Below the pieces are notes generated by a model that was not told the origin of the DNA, ran no database searches, and saw only the letters and a list, made by a program, of their open reading frames with translations. Below are positions 37,122 through 50,178 of a DNA stretch of 64,000 nucleotides, in pieces (position 1 is the stretch's first letter; each line of letters opens with the position of its first letter). The DNA is from Guillardia theta CCMP2712 (taxonomy: Eukaryota; Protista; Cryptophyta), in contig NW_005434633.1 in NCBI RefSeq assembly GCF_000315625.1, forward strand, positions 23,677-87,676, given 5' to 3'. A program made the translations under genes and the position numbers.

Positions 37122-40100
37122 ATGGTAGCTCGCAAGGGCGATGGCGTGAGAGCGCGACCAGTGACGGAACAGATCCTTCTCGAAGCTGCCAGAATCTACG
37201 ATGCGCGAGATGAGGGCATGGCCAAAGATCTCAAGTCCTATGCAGCATTCCTCTCGCGTCAGGATGCTTTCACAAAGGTGAGAGGAGAATGGGGGTTGCA
37301 CGTGGTGAAAGGGCAGAAAAGTCGGCGAGAGCGAATGTGAGACGTCATGGTTGGCATGATGGATCTCGGATATAATGATGTGTACGAGCAGCTGACGAAC
37401 TAGGGCTAGATTGTTTTGGGTTAGAACCAGAAGAATGTGGGGTTGTTGTCTTGAGAAAGACGGGTGCGTTGAGGGTTAGCGGCCGCCGGTGATGGTTGAG
37501 ATGTAATGAGCCCATGAGTATCTTCGAGGATGGATCAAGTTTGTGATTCCACTTGACGAGAAATCTTGTAAACCACTCATGTGGTTCTACCTGTAATCTT
37601 GAATGTCAACTGGGGCATCATTTGCTTCTAGAATGTTCCGTAGATGACAGAAGCAAGCGTGCGTGCACAGTGTGTCTTGTGGTCTATCCTTGTGTCCTTG
37701 GAGATGTCCGACTTGTTAAATTAAGTCGTTCTGTTGTTCCAGCATCTTCCCAAGGACCTCCTTGAACGCGCCGTCAACATGCGGCCTCCCAGAGACAGGA
37801 TCACCTGCCTGCTCATCGGTAACCACTCCGCGGGAAAGTCCTCCTTCACCAACTGGTGGGATGAAGAAAGAATCTCTGCTGATCTTCGTGCTGAGCTGAC
37901 AAGGTTGGCTGGTGCTTCAGGTACATCGGGGAGAAGATCCAGAAGGAGAGTGTTGCGATTGAAACCGCCGGCATCACGATGATCAGGCGTGGAAAGCAGC
38001 GCACGACATGGAGGGGGCCCCAGACCATGAGCGCATTTCCTCATGTAGATCTCACTTGTTGTTTCTCCCTGATCCCTGAAGGATGTTGCTTCAGATCCAA
38101 GGCCTGAAGAAGATCGAGGGCGTGACAGATTTCCTCAGTGAGTTTTCATAACACCTTGGATCTCCGAATAACTAGAAGTTGCTGCTGACCATCACATTCC
38201 CAGCCACGGAGTTCTCGACTTCGGAGGAGAAGAACTTTCCTCTCGTGGAGTTCATTGACACTCCTGGGCTCACAGACGGTGTTGTTGCAAAACTCCTACT
38301 GTTCCTGTGGTAATGGTGTCAGCACAGGGACTCTCAAGTATCCTTTCGATGTTGAGTCGGTCATCTACGAGTTGGCCGAGCATGCGACTATGATCATGGT
38401 CTTCCTCGATCCGATCGGCAAGGCTCTTGTCAGTCGATGCATGAATGTGGTTGAGAAGCTGGCGGTCAACCATTCGGCAAAGATGTCGTATTACCTAACC
38501 AAGTTCGACACTGCCGGTAAACTTGCGGACATTGTGCAGAGGCGAGTGCGTCCGGACTGATGGGATGATGCAGGGGATGAGATCGATCGTACCAACGTCG
38601 TCTCACAGATTGTTCAAGAGCTTCAAGGACGCGTTCGCGCAACCCACGCGCTGAAGCTGCATACTATGTTTTTGCCAGGTTTGCTCGTAGAGTATGATAG
38701 AAGCCTTGTCACCTGACAGCTTTCTGCTGGAAATTTGCAGATCGTGCTGACGAGCAGACGAACCAGAAGGTTTGAAGAACTTGAATAGCAAACTTGGATG
38801 CTGACATTCTTCCTCATAGGTGCCGAACAAGATCGGAGAGTTGTGTCAGAATATTCGCATGGAGATAGACAGCAGAGTTCAAGATGTACGGAGAGCCGCA
38901 CGACATGACTGCGCTGTGATTGACGTCTCTGTTCCAAGGTGCTTGACGAGCTTAGCAAGGACTGCGAGGCGCTGAGCAAGATAGTCGATGAGAAGATCGA
39001 GCGCAACAAGAAGTGTGCCAGTCACAACGCGGTAGATCGTGACATGAGGTTTCTGTTTCAACGATTTTGATTTGTTTCCTTGTTTTCATAGTTTGCAACC
39101 GTATGGAAAGGGGTTTTGTCGTCTGCTTTCATTGTGTTCCTTTCAATTTTCGTCATTTGGGCGCTTTTGAACTACGCGGACACCGATGTGATCGGAATCT
39201 GCGAGCAGCAGGTTTGATATTCTTCTGCGGGCCACGCTACTCACTCCCCTAGTGCTATTCCTCGTTTTTGTTTCTGTCTGTCTCTGTCTCGAGTGTGTTG
39301 ACAAGATGTACAAAATGAAACTCCTGGCGTTGTCTAGGGAGAACATGTCACTGTTCACAAATTGCCTGGTTCTACCATCAAGGTATAGAGGACTCCATGA
39401 AAGGAATCTGTTGATATTGTTCATTTGTGTATGCTCAACGTCTTTTTTTTTATTTTCTTGTGTTCATCTGATTGTTCCCTCCACGTGTTTCACAAGTCTC
39501 TTGTAATGGAACACAACAGGAAGTGAAGGATCGGCCAGTCAACAAGAACGTATATTGCACGATCTTGCGCTTCGCCGGAGGCGTACCAGCAGCGGTGAGG
39601 AGAAGAGATGGGATGAAGACTGACAAGAAACTCACAGAGGTTGTCATACACAGGTTCTCCTGATCGTTGGGGTTGTGTGCACTGCTCTGTTGTGGTTGAA
39701 GAAGACAAAAGTTGTTGAGCAGGTGATTTGACGATGGACGACGTGAGGATTTCTGTTCTGAACGTTTTTCTGTCTTTGCAGCTATCCAGCGATGAGATGA
39801 GACGTCTGAAGGAGATTCAGGTTGCTCACGTTTATTCATCTCGTTTTCTTCATCTCGGTCCTGCTCCGCTCCTGCTCCTGCTCCTGCTGCTCTTCTCTGG
39901 TGCTCTTGCCTGCTGGTCTTACTCTCTCCCCCCCCCCCCCCTTCAGGATGACATCCACAACAACATCGAGAAGAGGCACAAGGAGCTCAAGGTGTGTTAC
40001 TTGTCCCTCCTCATCTTCTCCACTGCCTGGTACTCTGTGCGGGGTAGACAATCTGCTTCCTATCCCAATCCCCTTTTCTCCTTCCATGGTAATCATCTGC

Positions 40101-40147
40101 TACAGAAACGCCTCACCGACGATGCTCTGGAAGATCATCTGGCCTAA
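37122..40147 (+). CDS. Dynamin_N/EHD-like P-loop GTPase with a C-terminal hydrophobic segment, multi-exon
   Basis: G1 LIGNHSAGKSSF, G2 VAIET, G3 FIDTPG, G4 LTKFD; TM-like VLSSAFIVFLSIFVIWALL exon. Confidence 0.85.
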
Positions 40148-40239
40148 CTTGCCCTTGCCTTGGTGCAACGAAACAGACACTCTTGTTTCAAGTTTCTTGT
40201 CGTGTATGGTTTGTTGATATCGGTAGTTGAATTCCGTCG

Positions 40240-42504
40240 ATCATATTGCTTTACACCGCCATGCTGCTGCATGCCCCTTGCTCTTGTCAAGTTTTGCCTG
40301 CATCGAAGTCTAAGACACAGAAAGACAGGGAGAGGAAGACTTGGGTAGTACCACAAGCAAGTGCCCAGCTGCAGCTGACGGTTCTTGACCTGTCTCTTCT
40401 CGCGTTGTGATGTACAACTGTTGATACGATCAGAGTTAAGTCGAGTAGGAGCCGTGGGGGAGGAGGGGAGGCGACAAGAGTAGAAGATCAGACGAACAGT
40501 AACTGGACAAGAACGGGAACAAACGCAGAAACTGATGAGGAGCACAACATGAGGGAAGTAGGGGAAGGGGGGAGCACAATCGCAGGATGAAGGAGACCTC
40601 TTGCAAGTCCTCTCCTCCAAACGTGCAGGCTGTGGGTCTCTTCACCGGTAGCTTGAACCTCTACATGCACGTCAGATGGCCACGAGCTCTGTTGCCCTTC
40701 TCCTCCTCCTTTACCTGCACCTCCTCCCCAGTCTCCGCATCGTACTGGGCCACTGCACCGCCTTCCCCGAGGGTGACCCACAGTAGACCATCGGCTGCAG
40801 ACGCATGAGAAGGAGCCAAAGGGGGAAAGGGAAAGTAAAAAGGAGGTGCTGAAAGAAGGTAAGGGCAAGAAGGTGAAAGCAAGTGGAGGAGAAGGCAGGA
40901 GGTAGAGGATGAGCAGGATGTTCTGAGAATGCGATTGGGAGGTAGCAAGGAAGGAAAGATCGGCCACCATCGATCGTCATGCCGTCAGGAACGCCTCCTC
41001 CATCCCCTGCAGTAGGGATCTTCACCACCTCTTTCCTTGAGCCGACCTCGATGCTTCCATCCTTGTCGTCATAATCGAATCTCGAGACCGTCTGCAGCAT
41101 CGTCAGGCACACGGAGGAGGAGGAGGAGGAGGAGGAGGAGGAGGAGGAGGAGGAGGAGGAGGAGGAGGAGGAGGAGGAGGAGGAGGAGGAGTCGGGTTTC
41201 CTGTCTAGCAGAGTCGATAAAGTAGAAGGTGTCATATCCTGCATCGCTCCTGCTCCCGCATCATTTCCAACTTTGCAACTCCCTTCCCGAGCATACCCAG
41301 GTCTCCTGAACCATGTCATTCCATTCGAAAGTTGTACGTCCGTCAGACTGCAGTGCTTGTATGAGAGGTGTGGGCAACGTCCCCGACCTCCTTACACAGT
41401 TCGGAACTTCCCGTCCTTGTCCAAGACATAGCTGAGAGACTTGTCAACGATGCAGCATATCCCCTTCCCCTCGTTCCCTTCTCGCCGCCCTCCACCCCTC
41501 CAATCTTCCCACCTTCTCACTCCTCCCTCCCTCCCTCCCTCCACCCCCCTCCCTCCCTCCCTCCCTCCCTCTCCTATCAACATCAACACTTACAGCTTTC
41601 CACGAGGAGCTTTCTCATCTCTCCACTGCTTGTTCATAGTTCCAATCCACAACCTGCCTTGTCTGCCACAGCCTCTGGTCAGGCTGGCAAAACCTCGCGC
41701 TCCCACTCACGGGTCGCACTTGCCGTCGTTGAAACGAAACCCACTGGGACACTCCCTGCCATCACCTCAGGCCATGGCATAGCATGCCTTCATCCCTTAC
41801 CCCTCCGGCAGCGTCGCCAACTTCCGCACTGCCTCCTTCCCCTCCTTCTCCACGTCCACCTGGAGCAAGGTGTCGCTGCCCCCCCACCGCAGCGACCGAG
41901 CGTGCTGCACACCTCAAAGATCGAGTCTACGACCGCCGCATACACTCTCCTCCTGTCGGGACCAGGGACCACACAGCCCACCTCCCCTTCAAGCTCCCAC
42001 GTCTTGAAGCTGCCGTCCTTGGGACTGTGACTGTGAACCTTCTTGCCGTTGATGTCCTGGGGGATACTCAGCGTCTCGAACGTGCCAGGCAAGCTATCTT
42101 CACCACGAAGTAGAGGACGTGCAAGTCTTCATCCCAAACTGGGCTCTCCCCAAGGATACACTTGCACTCCACAGCGGACCTTATCGGATCCCGCTCTCCT
42201 TCCGTGATCAGAGTCAGTCGAAGGGATCAGGGAGGGGTGCGTTCACCCTCGTCCTCCTGGCCCTCTTTGCCTATCTTGATCCTCTTCCTCGGAGACTCCT
42301 CTGAAAGGCAGGGTATCAGCTACTGGTCAATCAGCATATCTATCCCGCCCCCGCCCCGCCTTCCCCCATCCCATCTCTTCAAGTCTCGTTTGCTGAATTT
42401 TTCTCATCATCTGTGATTCATTCTCCTGCTCCTTCCAACTCCCCCTTCCCTCCTCCTCCTCCTCTCTCCTCCTCGCTCCCTCGCTCCCTCTTCTGACCTG
42501 CCAT
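40240..42504 (-). CDS. SMP-30/gluconolactonase/regucalcin family protein, multi-exon
   Basis: LGESPVWD, DINGKKVH, RFNDGKCDP.GR, SNGMTW, GVPDGMTIDADGLLWV, TACTFGGEDL. Ends approximate. Confidence 0.9.
41113..41190. repeat. (GAG)n microsatellite in an intron
   Basis: Long perfect GGA run. Confidence 0.95.
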
Positions 42505-42539
42505 GTTGGTGGTGGGCGATCCGCCCTCCGCCTCAGTAT

Positions 42540-42830
42540 CATTGTTTTAATGTTAAAAACATTTTTAAAATAACTATAATTATATTTTTGATTAGACTTG
42601 CATCAAGGTCCTAGCACACTCTAAGCTGTTTCTATAAATATATGTATATAAGAGAAGATTCTAAGCCATTATAGGTACAGAGAGGGTTTTTTTAGATTCT
42701 ATTTAGTGAATTTTAAATTCATTTTAGATGGATGGATCTATCTAAAATTAGGTCTATATGTTGACTATACTTTGCAGGTACCTCCCATTCTCTTTATAAC
42801 CTTTAAAAGTATTTTTGAACAGTAACAAAA
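42540..42830. promoter_or_regulatory. AT-rich island between divergent genes (candidate bidirectional promoter)
   Basis: Sharp AT enrichment with TATAAATA-like words between the SMP-30 (-) and Trk (+) starts. Confidence 0.35.
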
Positions 42831-43190
42831 GGGATGGGGGAACACGATCTCGCTCTCAGCGATTCCCCCGATTGCGCCGGGGGAGCGTCAGGGGGTGAGT
42901 AGAGGGAGTGGACGGGAGGAAGAGAAGGGGGGAAAGGGGAGGAAGAAGAAGCGAGGAAGAGGAGAAGAAGAGGGAGAGAGGGAGGGAGTGTGTGGGGGGG
43001 AGAGAGAGAGGGAGAGAGGGAGAGAGGGAGAGCAGACATTGGGAGTTTTGAGTCGTGAAAACAAGAAGTTGAGGGTTTTGAGACAAGGGCGTCAAGTTTG
43101 TGGCAATGGGCAAGGCAGACGGCTCAAATTGTAGAATTTAAGGCTTGCCAAGACCGGAAGAGTTTTCCCGCAGGGAAAATTTTGCGAAAA

Positions 43191-43221
43191 ATGAAGGTCG
43201 AGGAAATCGAGCAGAAGCAGA

Positions 43222-43255
<34 letters not shown>

Positions 43256-45817
43256 AGTGCTTGAGCGGGAGCTGTCAGAGGACGAGCTGGACCTCGATGG
43301 CACAGATCATCACCATCTGCAAAAGTCGATCTTTCTGCGATGGAACTTTTATCGGAGCATGTGGACGTACTGCCTCGCTACGAGCTTCATTGGTTCCATT
43401 ATCATCTACGTGGTCGACGATATCGCCTACATCGATGCTCTCTTCTTGTCCATCTCCGCCTACACAGGGTCCGGTCTCGCAACAGTCGAGATGTCGGCGG
43501 TCAGCAACAAGACCTTCATCGTGCTCTACGTCATGATGAACCTGGGAGGGATCATTTTTCTCCTCCTTCCCCCCATGATCTACAGAATCCTTGCTTTCAA
43601 CGCGCTGCAGCCCGAGCTTGAGGTATTCCTGTCCAAGCTCGAACTACCCTACTCCCCGCAAACTCAGAAGCTGATCTGGCTGGTGGGGGAGAGGAGGGCG
43701 CAGGTGCGAGGGCTGCGGATGGTGGTGATCACAGTGGCGGCATACATCCTGGTCATCATGGGCTGTGGGATCGGAATCTTGTATGGGACCCTCTCCGTTC
43801 GCCCGAACCCACCGGAGCTGGAGGAGAGGGGCCTAGGAAAGCTGTGGAACGCAGTGTTCCTGGTGTCAAGCGCATTCTGTAACTGCGGCTTCACGCTGAC
43901 CTCTGACTCCGTGTACTGGATGAAGACCTGGCCTGAGTGCTACCTCCTCCTCTGTTTCCTCATCCTCGCTGGGAATAATTTGGCTCCGATCCTCCTGCGC
44001 GGGTTCGTCCGCCTCGTGCACTTCCTGGCTGGGCAGCTGAAATTGGATCGAGGGGGCTTGCGGTATGCGCTGGACCACAGCCGGCAGGTGAGGGATGAGC
44101 GTGAAGACAACGAAAGGAGGGAGAGAGGAGAGGAGGGGAGGAGGAGAGACGGGGTGAGAGGAAGGAAAGGGTGGGAGGGAGAGGAGCAGGAAGGAGAAAG
44201 GAGGAGGAGGAGGCAGAGGGTGACGAGGTACTGCAGATGACGACTCACCTGCTCGACAAGGGGCAGACGCGCGTGCTGATCATCATCCTTGTGGCCATCA
44301 ACACCTTCCAGTTCATAGCTTTCCTCTCCTCCTCGCTGCAGAGAGAGGAGCTACTGGAAGGCTACGGGGCCACCGCCATGGCAGGAGCAGGCTTCTTCCA
44401 GACCATCTCCACGAGGTCGGCTGGTCTTCAGATCTTTGACCTGAACCATCTGAACCAGGGCATGCACATCATCTACATCCTTATGATGTACCTCTCAGCC
44501 GCCCCCTTCGTGAGCAGGATGTACGTCTCCGAGCAAACCCTGGACAGCGACGGCCGATCGGTCCCCACTGTCTCCTCTGTGCATGCGGCAAAGGCAAGGT
44601 TTCAGAGTCAGTACCTGTTCCGCCACCTCTCCTTCCTCCTCTTCGCCTTCCTCCTCCTCGCCTTCATCCATGACCCGAGGGCGTACAAGTACTACGTCCT
44701 CCAGCCCTTCCCCATCCTCTTCGAGCTCGTGTCTGCCTACGGCAACGTTGGGCTGTCGCTCGGAGTTCCCGGCAAGAACTTCTCGCTGTGCGGAGCCTTC
44801 AGCGTTCTGGGCAAGCTCATCATCATCTGCGCCATGCTGCTGGGGAAGCACAGGGGACTCCCAGCACACACCGACCTCGTCCTCAACTTCAGGCACACGA
44901 GGCTCAAGAGGCAGCTCGCTCTCGCCAAGGAGGAGGAGGGGCTGCCGTCAGAGTGGCGGTGGTCAGCGCACAAGAGCAGGAAGGTGGTTGACATGCAGGC
45001 GATACAGGAGGGAGAGGGAGAGGTAGATGGTGTTCTTCCTCCTCCTCTTGTGGTCCCGGCTCGTGCAAAATCAAAGAAGGAGGGTCGCCATGTGGTCATC
45101 ATGGCCGAAGGAGGGAAGCCAGAGCAAGAGGAGGAGGAGGGTGCGGAGAATCCACAACGGCATGACGACGGTGGTCACATACCGAGGAAGCAGACGGACA
45201 AGGGCATCAGGCACTCTTCCTCCAGGAGGGGCGAGCAGCACAAGACTTCCTTCAGCCATCGCCTCCTCAGCAGGCTCGACCCATCCCCGAAGCTCTCATT
45301 CACTCGACCCAAGGCTTCTCCTCCTACTTTGCCCGAGCAGGGGATGGGGGCGGCAAACATGGAGGATCTCGAACTGCAACTGGACACCAGCTTCACCAGG
45401 AGGAACAGGAACAGGACCCAGTCTCCTTCCATTAGATCGTCCGATGCCGTCGATCCTTCCTCTCTTGCTGTCAGCTCCGTCAGCTCCCCTGTCATCGAAG
45501 CTCGCGACAAGCGCCAGGGCCTCGCCGGCCTCATGCACTCAGCCTGGGATCGACTGTGGACGCCAGCGATGGAGGACGAGAGAGAGAAGATTCAAGTAGA
45601 AGATCTGCTCACGAGCGACACGTTCTTCAACCGCATCTACACGCAGGACCTGAGCTTCCATGGCCTCCCGAGCGCGAGCATGGAGGAAGGAAACGCTCAT
45701 CACGTGGAGAATCGCCATGCCTCCCTTGAGTTGATCAGGAGAACTTTCTCCAATAGAACGCTTGTTCGGCAACATGAGCTGAGTAACGACATAGACGAGG
45801 ATGCCATGTCCGTATGA
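43191..45817 (+). CDS. Trk/HKT-family K+ transporter; intron 44088-44236
   Basis: Four MPM pore loops, all with Gly: SAYTGSGL, SAFCNCGFTL, STRSAGL, SAYGNVGLSLG; also MMYLS and GKHRGLP. Confidence 0.93.
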
Positions 45818-46063
45818 TGTACCCAGTAGACCAAGAAATGGCAACTTAGCCGTTCAAAGCAAGGAGATAACGATTTCAGTCAGAATTATTTTTCATTGTT
45901 TGAATTTGGAGGGAATGAACTCAACAGAGTTGAGTGTGAATTCGATGTTCCTACTGACCAATTTAGATTGCTCTTCTCTCCACTCTCATCATGATTTTGC
46001 ACTATGGTTGCATTCAAAATGTTTAATCTTTTGAACTTTTTGCAAACTTGTTTCGAAAGAATT

Positions 46064-46812
46064 TTACTTTTTAGCTGCGGTGGCCTTGTCGCCGGGACGA
46101 GGACCCCTAAACCTGCGGCACTGTGAGACCTAGTGGAGTACGACATTGACCGACACAATAGCAGGAGAGTAGGGACCAGGCAGAGGGAACGATGCTTGGT
46201 AGAGAAGGGAGAGGAGTAGCAAAGAGATTTTTTCTGACCTTGGAGGAGGATCTCTGATCTTGCGGGCAGTGCGAGATCGGACACGGACAACACGTGAGTG
46301 GATAGCTAAGAGAAAAGTCAGAAAATGCAGCGAGGAGCGAGAAAGTGAAGCAGGGAACGAAGAAAGGAGAAACGGCAATTGGCAGCAGCACAGGGCATGG
46401 GAAGAGACACGGAGAAGAGAGAGGAAGCTCACCGCAGGAGACGCAGTACTGAAGCTTCATGTACAGCTTAGGCAAGGTGTAGCTGTCGAAAACGCTTGCA
46501 TCCCTCATGTCTCGCTGGCAACCGGCCTCGACCATGTTGCGAACCTGACAGTAGCTCGTTATGTTGGAGCAAGACATCACAAGTTTGTTCCAATACAGCA
46601 TGGCAGAAACAGAAGAGAACAATCACGTTATCACCATGAGAAATCATGGAGGGCAGAGGAAGGACAACACGGCAACCATGAGCACAAGTTACCTGGAAGC
46701 GCTTCACGGCCTTGTCCTTAGGAACGCAGCGGGCGCAGTTGGAGCAGCGGATGATGGCAGTGTGTCCACGTCCGTGCTTATTTCTACCACCATTCCTCCT
46801 TTTCTTGGTCAT
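46064..46812 (-). CDS. RPS26: 40S ribosomal protein S26 (eS26), 4 exons
   Basis: [34 protein letters not shown] / [14 protein letters not shown] / [16 protein letters not shown] / RFRGPRP. Confidence 0.97.
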
Positions 46813-47845
46813 GGTCTATCGCCAGCAGTTAGAACTCTTCCCTCAATTGTCACTAATTTGCTTAAAGACTCTGTCAAACTGACATGAAAATTCCCTTCAC
46901 AGCAGGAATCGCAAGACCCACAAGAATGTGACTAGATACATCATATGCGATGTCTGGACAACACTGTGTTTGAATGTGTGTGATTGGAGTCTACATGTTC
47001 GACCATGGATTGAAGCTTAACGCCTACATCGCAAGGAGCCATTCCGTACAAAAGGTATCAACCTCTCCACCCATTCCACGCTCCTCGTCTTGGCCTATGA
47101 GCTTCCAATCATGACTATGGATCGAATCTAACTTGATAGCTAAGAAATTTCGGGAAAATCTACATACCGCATAGAACACTAGGTTACATTCTGGAATTCA
47201 TCCCTCAAATCAGGTATCGAACCATGCCATTCCTCATCGATGTGATGATTCTGCTTGTGCAGAACATCGACTACGTTCGCATGCAACATCACCATCATCA
47301 TCCCTCTTCTGTTCAACCTCCTCCCCCTCTTCTCCCGTCTGCATTCACACTCCCTCGTCCTTCGCTCTATGCCATCTCTGCTTGCGTGCCTCTCTCGTGC
47401 TGCTTCTTTTTTTTTCCTATAGACCCCCTACCCCTGCCCTCTGTTTCCATACCACCCAGCATCAAGCACTAACACCGGTTCTTGATGATATGTACCCTCA
47501 CATCAGACAGATAAAATCTATTAAATGTACCGGTACTCAGGGAGAAATTCACTACCCTATCCCCCTTTAGAAAGGCTGACACCCCCTTGATTCTACCCTA
47601 CCCTCTCGTCACCTGGCTATGGGGCTATTTTCTCCCACACGAGGTCAGGTGCTGCATGAGGGTCCGGAACATCGGGGCCGGAGAACCAACACTGAAATTA
47701 AGCTTGATGCCCGGCCGGGCCCGATCTTTGCGGTTCCGAGTCAGGAGTCACTGAGAGTCCGGCAGACGGGGATGAGGGGATGAGGGTCAACATCGGTGTT
47801 GTCGGTTGACTTGGGAGTAACGGACGAGAAGGCGGGAAGAGCGCC

Positions 47846-48767
47846 ATGGACGAAGACGGGCAGATGCATGGGCAGATCCAGGTGATGGCGAGGACGATGG
47901 AGGAGAAACATGGCATGAGGGATATATCACTAGAAGGTTTCATGCCGAGATCTAGTTGGGATGCTGACTGGTTCGGTGATGATCATGTGTGGTTGGAGGA
48001 TGGGGGCTGAAACAAGCGAAGGAGTTGCTGTTATGTTTGTTCTGCTGGCTGTCTGAGTGGGTTGAATGGTGTGGAAAAATCTCTTTGTTTTCTTGTTTTA
48101 TTCTAAACAAGTTTGTGATTGTGAGATGAGACGCAACGATTATGTCTAATGATGACATATGACATGAAACAAGGAATTATGCTCAAAACAAAATTCTTCT
48201 AGCGTTTTGCACAAGATCTTTGCAAATCCTGATGTCTTGCTGCAATCCTCTATTCATGAAGCACCGACTCGCAAAGATGTTCCCTTTGAATGTCTTAGAG
48301 TTGCACATTTTATTGTTTCAAAAAACCAAGAATGATCGTCCTCTCACTTGCATCTAGGTGGTGGAGAACACCTACATCACCAAGCCTCAGGAGCACGAGA
48401 AGTTCCGAGCTGGCGAGGTCATTAGGGCCGTCAAGGCACTGCTGGAGGAGCGCTTGAAGGGGAAGAAGTATGATTCTAGCGAATCAGCGCAGTTGAGCAA
48501 GGAGCTCTGCACAGAGATCAAAGAGAAGGTGAAAGAGATAGGAGTGCCTCGGCACAAGCTTGTGGTTCAGGCAAGAAACAATTGAGTTTGCAGGAGTGCG
48601 AGCTGACAGCCATCATGTAGGTCACCATCGGAGAGGTACAGGGACAGGGCGTCAGAATTACAAGTCGATGCTTGTGGGATACAGAGACAGACAACCACGC
48701 TTCAGCTTATTACACTAATCCTCACCTGTATTGTGTTGCAATGGTATTTGCATGCTACTATGAGTGA
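47846..48767 (+). CDS. Tctex-1 family dynein light chain; exons 47846-47881 (probable), 48358-48570, 48621-48767
   Basis: ENTYITKP..KF..PRHKLVVQ/VTIGEVQGQGVRITSRCLWDTETDNHAS..YCVAMVFACYYE*. Confidence 0.93.
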
Positions 48768-49603
48768 GAGCAGCAACTCCGATGCCGACTTTTGGACTTC
48801 GTTGGCTCGGCTGAGATGTTATTAATTCCAACTGTTACATTTGAAGAATTCTGTTTGATAAGTTTGTAAGCCAAAACTTCAGAATGAAAGCAAAGTTTTG
48901 AAAACGTCAACCATTACCTTTAACCTTCGTGTGAAAAGGATTTGAGTGAATTTGTACTGCATGGAAAACTTCATTCATTCCTGCATCCGGCGAATCGTCG
49001 GAGTGATTAGTCATGAATATTCGCAGGATGATACCACTCTCTTGGTTGTCTCACTGCTGAAAGCTGGCAAGGGTGCCATTGAAAGTCCGCTGGAAAGCCA
49101 GGCTGCTGCCTCTGACTCCAGGACATCCGACTGGGCCGCTCAGTGACCCTCCTGATCGCCGAGACAAGAGGACTGGACGGCATTTAGCTTCTCAAACTAT
49201 GAGACATCAACGTCGGGTACGCCTACAGGCAGCTGCGAGTCTTCATTGGGTCAGTGCTGAGATGCCTTCCCAAGGTCAGCAGAAGCCAGAAAGCCGCTAC
49301 TCTCCTCCGAGCAACCCCGCCGCGACTAGAACGAACCCGTGCAAGCTATCAAACCCACCGCATGACTTGCCTTTCGCCCTCTTCAGCTTGTACCGACTAC
49401 CCGCTGCTCGCGCGATCATCAGCGCACGCAGTCCCACACGTCAGTGTACATGTATCTTTACTCGACATACATACGTAGCCCTATCACCAGGACCAAGGCT
49501 ACATCCCCACCAGCGGCTGGGCCTGGCCGGAGCAAGTAGTCGCAGCGTCTCCTCTTACCCTCCGACCTGTCGTGCGCAAGGAAGGTGACCGGTAGAGGTC
49601 TTG

Positions 49604-49942
49604 TTGGAGCGAGAGGGAGACGGAGAGGGGAAGGGGAAGAAGGAGAGGGAGAGGGAGAGGAGAGGGGGAAGGAGAGGGAGAGGAAAGGAAGAGGAGAGGG
49701 AGACGGAGACGGAGACGAAGACGGAGACGGAGAAAGGAGGAAAAGGGAGAGGGAGAGGGAGAGGGAGAGGGAGAGGGAGAGGGAGAGGGAGAGGGAGAGG
49801 CGAGGGGTAGACGTAGAGGGAGAGGGAGAGGGAGAGGGAGGGGGAGAGGGAAAGCAAGAGGGAGACGGAGACGGAGATGGGGAGGGAGGGCGAAAGGAAG
49901 AGGGAGGAGCGAGAGCAAGAGCGAGAGGGGAAGAGGGAGGGC
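49604..49942. repeat. Purine-rich (GGGAGA/GGAGAC)n tract flanked by the 9-bp direct repeat GAGGTCTTG
   Basis: GAGGTCTTG at 49595-49603 and 49943-49951. Confidence 0.8.
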
Positions 49943-50178
49943 GAGGTCTTGACGCATCGGTGGGCATCCCGACGGCGGGTGTGAATGCAGGCCGCACATC
50001 GTCTCGACCATAAGCAGCATTAATTACCAAGGCTGTGACAGGGACAGCTGTGATGTATTACGATCGCAACAGGAGGCGGCTTCAAGCTATTCGCAAACTA
50101 TGTCTCTCCTCCCGCACTGTGCCAGGGACTGGGTCCCGGCGCAAGCTGACGGCAGCCTAACAGCATCGCGCTTCTACA

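Noticed and set aside
49520-49595. Possible chromodomain remnant (FLAHDRSEGKRRRCDYLL, - strand)
   Set aside because: Too short, and lacks the conserved Trp.
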